The translations under genes were made by a program, and so were the position numbers. The notes beneath the pieces were generated by a model, which made no database searches, had not been told where the DNA came from, and saw only the letters and a program-made list of their open reading frames with translations. A DNA stretch of 63,227 nt, the filler included, from Globobulimina sp. (Eukaryota), in assembly GCA_003354225.1 (NCBI GenBank). It is 46 parts of 46 records of this genome, joined end to end, with 100 filler letters (N's around TTAATTAATTAA, not from the genome) between each part and the next. Parts side by side here need not be neighbours in the genome. Positions count along the whole stretch, not along the records: positions 57,825 to 59,100 come from PIVH01019609.1; positions 59,201 to 60,476 come from PIVH01019610.1; positions 60,577 to 61,852 come from PIVH01019611.1; positions 61,953 to 63,227 come from PIVH01019612.1; 42 more parts are not named here. One strand, 5' to 3'. Below, piece by piece: positions 57,941 through 63,227 of the stretch; the stretch's first letter is position 1; the number at the start of each line of letters is the position of its first letter.

Positions 57941-58914
57941 ATGTCACTCTTTATTACAACATGTACATTATTGTTAACATGTTGTTTGTCACAGGTTGAA
58001 CCCGATGAATCAGTCGAATTGGATACCTCCGCACCTACATCGACTGGAATTTCTTGCGATGACACTCGTTCAGGTTATTGGGGTATAGATTATGTTGGGA
58101 AAAGTACTCAATTCAAAGTTTATAATCCTTGTAACAACAATGAATTCATCAAAATAAAAATGTCAGGTTTAACTGAATACGATGGAAATGGCAAAAAAAC
58201 AAAAAACAAGGTACATTTATATAATATTTACAACACAAAAACACTCCATTTTATATCTCCAAGGTACCAACATTTGCGTCAACTGACTGGAATTGGCAAA
58301 ATCCGCATGGTGTCCAGGCCCAATACGAAGGATATGATGTTTCACAAAATGTATTTGAAGCAAAAAATATTTTACAACGTTCAAATTTTATGTTATCCAC
58401 TTTATTGTTCAAAGAAGATGCAACCATTAATAACTCGACTGATATTCATTCAAATTCAGTCAAATGGAATATAAATATAACTGCATGGCCATTTTTAAGT
58501 GATTTAAATTCGCTGGAATTGTGTATAAATATATTGACAAATAATGCGAATGGAAATAATGGTTCAGATGATCAAGAAAATGGACATTTGAGAGTTGGCG
58601 ATTTTGATTTGTATACATTCGACAGTGCAGAATGTAAACAATCAAATGAATCAATAAAAGTAACTATTATTGATAATGTAAAAGGAGATGGTTCGGATGA
58701 ATCTGGGCAAAGAAATATATGTTTTCGATTTGGACATTGTGAGTCTGGCAATATATTTTATGATCCAATTGTATCATATTTATGGGATGTTGATGGTTTG
58801 GAGAATGGTGGTTTACCGGCAAAGGCTGTGAAGTTGGCAGTTATTATTATTGCGTCAGTATTAAGTGTGGCCGCTATATTTTGGGTTTTTATTTGTTATC
58901 AATGTTATAATTAG
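57941..58914 (+). CDS. Type I membrane protein, SAARP-like ectodomain; intron 58211-58263
   Basis: Signal peptide; LTEYDGNG..TFAS, VKWNINITAWPF..LELCI, FRF...FYDP; C-terminal TM. Confidence 0.55.
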
Positions 58915-59327
58915 ACTGTCACAAAAGGTGCAAGAGATACTAAGGAAGAATAATATTTAGATAATAATTTAAATGGGTCAATACAGCTTATTATACAAAC
59001 GGGAAAATATGGTATTATTAATATGAAATATTAATAATCAATAAAAGAGGAAATAGTATTTATAGACAGATAAAACTATTTCAATAATAGGGTGTGGAGG
59101 NNNNNNNNNNNNNNNNNNNNNNNNNNNNNNNNNNNNNNNNNNNNTTAATTAATTAANNNNNNNNNNNNNNNNNNNNNNNNNNNNNNNNNNNNNNNNNNNN
59201 AAATATGCTTCGGTCTCTTTCTGTTTTTGCTGTATATCATCTTTTGACTGTATCCCCTTCAAATCAACGACCGAGGATTGGTTTGATGCATGATATACTA
59301 ACTCAGACCTTATAATTATAAATTATT

Positions 59328-60461
59328 TCAACGTATCAATTTAAAGAAAAAAGCTATTGGGATTGGATTATTATACCTTAATTTTTGTTTATTTGCCTTT
59401 TTAAACAATCTCATTTGAAGTTTTGTAAATAAGCAACATATTTTTCTGTATCCATTCGGATAATAAGAGGTCATAAACATAATACAGATGCAATTTAATG
59501 GCATAGCGATAAACGACGGCCATATCGCATACGTCCAACCAATGATCATTGTACTTATAAATGTAGAGATTAATGCAATTAATACCAATGTCGTTGTTTT
59601 ATAGATTTTGAATATTACAATTGATGGATATTCGACATCATTTAAACTTGATTTATGCAATGAAATCATTTTATGAATTCGATGTATAAATAAATAAATC
59701 ATTGACAATACAATAAATAACTGGCTTCCACCAACAATAATGTTCAAGAATTGTGGTTTTACCGTAATGCAGGTACTATGGTTCTGACCTAACCACTGAA
59801 TGTTGATCGGGTCAACATCTAAAAACAATAAAACTAAAACACACGATACTACGGTTAAATTTATTATGATTAAAGAAAATATATGTAATGTACATGGGGA
59901 ACAGGCAAATTCTGTGTTATTATAAATTTCATACAATTGAGTGACAAATAAACAATGCATTGAACCTATACCAAATTGAAATGCTGCTGCTAAGATACGT
60001 AACGTCCATTTAGTACATAATATATTCTTTACCTGATTTGTCATCGCTACTTGTTCAATAATTGTGAGTAGTGAATGGATCACACAAATCACACAAAATA
60101 TCACTATTATGCACCAGGTTAATTGTAATATTATTCGTTGTGATAAAGTATATTTTTTCAATTTTTTCCTTTTTCTCTGCATGATTGGTGTTGGCGAGAT
60201 TGATTTTGATTGCGTTGCTGTTAAAGAATTGCTTGGAAGATCGTTAAATTTATTGTTATTATGCTCAATCCAATGGATTGTTAGAATAGATATTGATATA
60301 AATGATGCCATGATGGTAATTATTGATTTAAAAACAAAGTACCATGCGGTATGCCTATATGGACTGTGAATGTCGTCCAACATTGTCTGTTTCCAGTTTT
60401 CTTCAGAAGTCAAGCTCAGACTGACTGAACTCCAGATTTTAAAAATTAAGAACAAACACAA
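59328..60461 (-). CDS. Orphan 7TM/GPCR-like protein
   Basis: Seven hydrophobic segments, Cys before TM3, LFIHRI, NCICIMFM, YRKICC. Confidence 0.7.
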   Translation of the reverse strand: MCLFLIFKIWSSVSLSLTSEENWKQTMLDDIHSPYRHTAWYFVFKSIITIMASFISISILTIHWIEHNNNKFNDLPSNSLTATQSKSISPTPIMQRKRKKLKKYTLSQRIILQLTWCIIVIFCVICVIHSLLTIIEQVAMTNQVKNILCTKWTLRILAAAFQFGIGSMHCLFVTQLYEIYNNTEFACSPCTLHIFSLIIINLTVVSCVLVLLFLDVDPINIQWLGQNHSTCITVKPQFLNIIVGGSQLFIVLSMIYLFIHRIHKMISLHKSSLNDVEYPSIVIFKIYKTTTLVLIALISTFISTMIIGWTYAIWPSFIAMPLNCICIMFMTSYYPNGYRKICCLFTKLQMRLFKKANKQKLRYNNPIPIAFFFKLIR

Positions 60462-60576
60462 GAGAAATGTCGCACANNNNNNNNNNNNNNNNNNNNNNNN
60501 NNNNNNNNNNNNNNNNNNNNTTAATTAATTAANNNNNNNNNNNNNNNNNNNNNNNNNNNNNNNNNNNNNNNNNNNN

Positions 60577-60665
60577 GACGTGATGATTGGTCAAAAGGTG
60601 GTACTTGATACCCGAAGCAGCAAAATACAGGGCACAGTGCAACGCATAGATCCTGCGGTAATTAA
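60577..60665 (+). CDS. HlyD/RND periplasmic adaptor fragment (bacterial, chimeric)
   Basis: IGQKVVLDTR..IQGTVQRIDPAV. Confidence 0.6.
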
Positions 60666-61852
60666 TAGTTCAGTACAAATTGATGTTGTTTGGTAAACTC
60701 AAATCGGGACAAATCCATTTTAATTTTGCGTTCGGTGACAAATGATCTCGGACCAGATATAAAATAAAAATAACTGCAAACATCATCGATATTAGTTTTC
60801 TTATAGGTTTTGCTGATTTGGGACGGCAATTCAATAAAGAATGCATGGTTTGGCCTCACTGCAAACGACTCACCGGTTGATTTGGTGATATGTCGTAAAA
60901 TTAATAACTGGAACATCAATGTGTTGATATCTTTACAATTCAAAAATAATCAAATGAGCATAGATAGATAAAATAAAAAATGAAACACAAACCTTTGCCG
61001 GCGTGAGATGATACATTTAAATGAAACACAATTTGCTGATTTTTTTGCTGCGCGCGTTGCACTTCGGGCCGGGTCAACCTATGAACCACGAAATCTTTAT
61101 CCACTTTGGGCGAATTAAATGGAATATGAATCATAACAAAATTATTTTCTTTGCATAATTTGGTAATTTCATACGATTTCCCCACACATTCTTCATCCGA
61201 TAAATAAACCACACAAAACGGATTCTGGTTATACACATTTCTTGTTTTAAACTTGTCAAAATCTGTACAAATATATTTGGTATAAAACTGCTTCCTTTGG
61301 TCATCGGTCAAAGGCTCCAATATATCATTATAAATTTGTAAATAAGAGAACCATTTTGATTTCTTGTCCGCAGTGATCACAGTGAAGAAGGCACCCGATG
61401 AATTGCGTAATTTCTGAAACAAAATCTTTAAAATCTCGTCAGTTACATTTGATTTTAAATTTTCAGGCTGTACTACACAATACAACAAATTATCAGCATT
61501 ATGGAAACAGCATCGATGTAAGAAACAATTCAAATCTTCGAAAGTAGTTTCTTGACTACACATTAATATTTGTGAAGCATGCGGTGGCTGATTAACAAAG
61601 GAAAATAATTTTATCACACAGGATAACACCAAATCTTTTGAGTTGGTTTGATACAATGTAATGCCTGATCGGACCCAACCAATTTGTTTTTCTTCTTTAC
61701 CTTTCATCTCATCATTCGGTTCAGACTCATTTATGAAACTTTTGGGGGTTTTGGTTGCAAACATTTGTTGTATACTTCGCGACCGTATGGATGAATGGAA
61801 ATGGGTCAAATGTTTGGGGAACGCTGCAGTTAAATATTCACCTAATAAGCCA
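60662..61852 (-). CDS. RNF213 (mysterin)-like AAA+ region, internal fragment; intron 60931-60992
   Basis: PHASQILMC..TTFEDL..FLHRC, LYCVV, S...VGKS, FHLNVS, LMFQLLIL, FFIELP follow the RNF213 motif order. Confidence 0.78.
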
Positions 61853-62112
61853 NNNNNNNNNNNNNNNNNNNNNNNNNNNNNNNNNNNNNNNNNNNNTTAA
61901 TTAATTAANNNNNNNNNNNNNNNNNNNNNNNNNNNNNNNNNNNNNNNNNNNNATACAAACTCACTTCAGCTAATAAATCAGATGGCAAATATTTCCATCC
62001 CGCTGCATGCAAATTCGGCGCAAAGTTATAATTATTAATAATATTCTGTGTTGCCAGTGTCATTTTAACTGAGAGTAAAGTTTTCAGTGCAAATAAAGCC
62101 ACTGTATGACAC

Positions 62113-62908
62113 TTGACAATGAGCTTTGATGATTCGGGCTTTGATTCTGATGAACTCCAATCAATAGGTTTATATTCATCATGTTCAGCAATATACGATC
62201 AGTTAAGTAACGATGATGGCATTGAACCAAATTATTGGTGTTGGGAAACCGTAGAAGGTGACTGGTCACAAATATTAACACTAATTATGTTTATGTTTGC
62301 CATAAATTTGGGAATGTATCTATTAACATATGGTTCCATCACAACAGGCTTATCAAAAATAGCTGGCATGAAACAAACGTATGTTGAGGCAGCTGCAGAT
62401 AATGGCATATTGAATTTAAGTACATCATGGAATGCAGCGCCAGAACCAATTTGGAGGCTCAATATGATAAATAATGTCACAAATATACCAATGATACTTA
62501 TCATGATATTACTTTTAATAAATACTATTTTGTATTTTGCAATTAAAGTATTCATTGTATCGCATCCATCGTCGCATTATATCAATACAACAAACGACCA
62601 ATTCAGAGAAATGTCGTTCTATTCATTCTTTAATACCCGAGGTATTTGCCACATATATTTATAATAAAAACAATAAAAACACACGTATTTAAACAGAAAT
62701 TATTTTAATGTATATATTCACTGTGAATTCTATCACATTTTGGCAACATCAAAAATGGTATTATCCAAAGGGTGAGTTTCCAGCAGCAATCCAACCAATT
62801 GCACACTTTGCGAGATTGATATCTTTGGTTGATTTCATATTTACAATTATCATTTTTTGCATATACTATCCATTATTACTTGTTTGGCTTAACTCTAGAC
62901 TAAAGTAG
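62113..62908 (+). CDS. Multipass membrane protein fragment(s), spliced or chimeric
   Basis: Several hydrophobic helices; GT donor near 62642. Confidence 0.4.
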
Positions 62909-63125
62909 ATAACAGGGCTTTGTGACAAGATATACTATCTATATGTATGGGCATACGCTTAAATTCACCGAATTCCCTCGCCCAACACGTTCATATCCAG
63001 ATTTGCGAATCACCTTAACAATTCAACTCGATAGCAAATACACATTTTGTAGCGTGAAAATTAGAAGGGAATCCGCGTCTTTAAGGAATCTCAACAGAAG
63101 AATATCGAGCCTGGGGATTAGAATC

Positions 63126-63154
63126 AAAAAGCCCGGCCATATTGGACCGAGCTT
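63126..63154 (-). terminator. Putative intrinsic terminator (bacterial segment)
   Basis: Minus strand AAGCTCGGTCCA-ATA-TGGCCGGGCTT stem followed by a T-run. Confidence 0.5.
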
Positions 63155-63227
63155 GTGTTTATCTTTGCTGGGGTGAACCCGCCTACCCCGTTACAACTTT
63201 GTTTGCAACCACATTCGGCAGCCCGTC

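Noticed and set aside
1279-61952. Regularly spaced TTAATTAATTAA repeat resembling an array
   Set aside because: Embedded in N-runs; a synthetic six-frame-stop linker, not biology

Overview
This window is not one locus. It is an artificial concatenation of 46 short contigs, each about 1275-1278 bp and roughly size-sorted, joined by 45 identical 100-bp linkers (N44-TTAATTAATTAA-N44). Gene neighbourhoods across linkers therefore mean nothing. Most contigs come from an AT-rich, standard-code eukaryote with short (about 55-77 nt) GT-AG introns. Its gene content (TM-RGS, many orphan 7TM proteins, SAM/coiled-coil proteins, RNF213-like, AQR, SMU1, XRN2, NIT1) suggests a protist such as a foraminiferan/rhizarian; this is an inference, since no rRNA marker is present. 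Mixed in are bacterial pieces (Desulfobacterota-like SDR and molybdopterin oxidoreductases, a K+ channel, ppk2, YcjX, TrxB, a histidine kinase and a response regulator), a phage-like piece and a giant-virus (NCLDV)-like contig. Many contigs contain abrupt eukaryote/bacterium junctions typical of whole-genome-amplification chimeras. The strongest candidate for a new system is an in-frame ammonium transporter (Amt)-RGS fusion at 44066-45070, a putative ammonium transceptor wired directly to heterotrimeric G-protein control. Other notable items: a TIR/TSD-bounded MITE carrying a tRNA-like Pol III cassette; a Y-shaped palindrome; a CAGGG-ended MITE with a 5-bp TSD; an HPP-family (nitrite transporter-like) gene; an intron-containing AHL-lactonase-like gene; SAARP-like and CBM14 proteins; and an NCLDV PI-PLC/Erv1/kinase cluster. 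All product calls come from motifs recognised by eye; no database searches were run.
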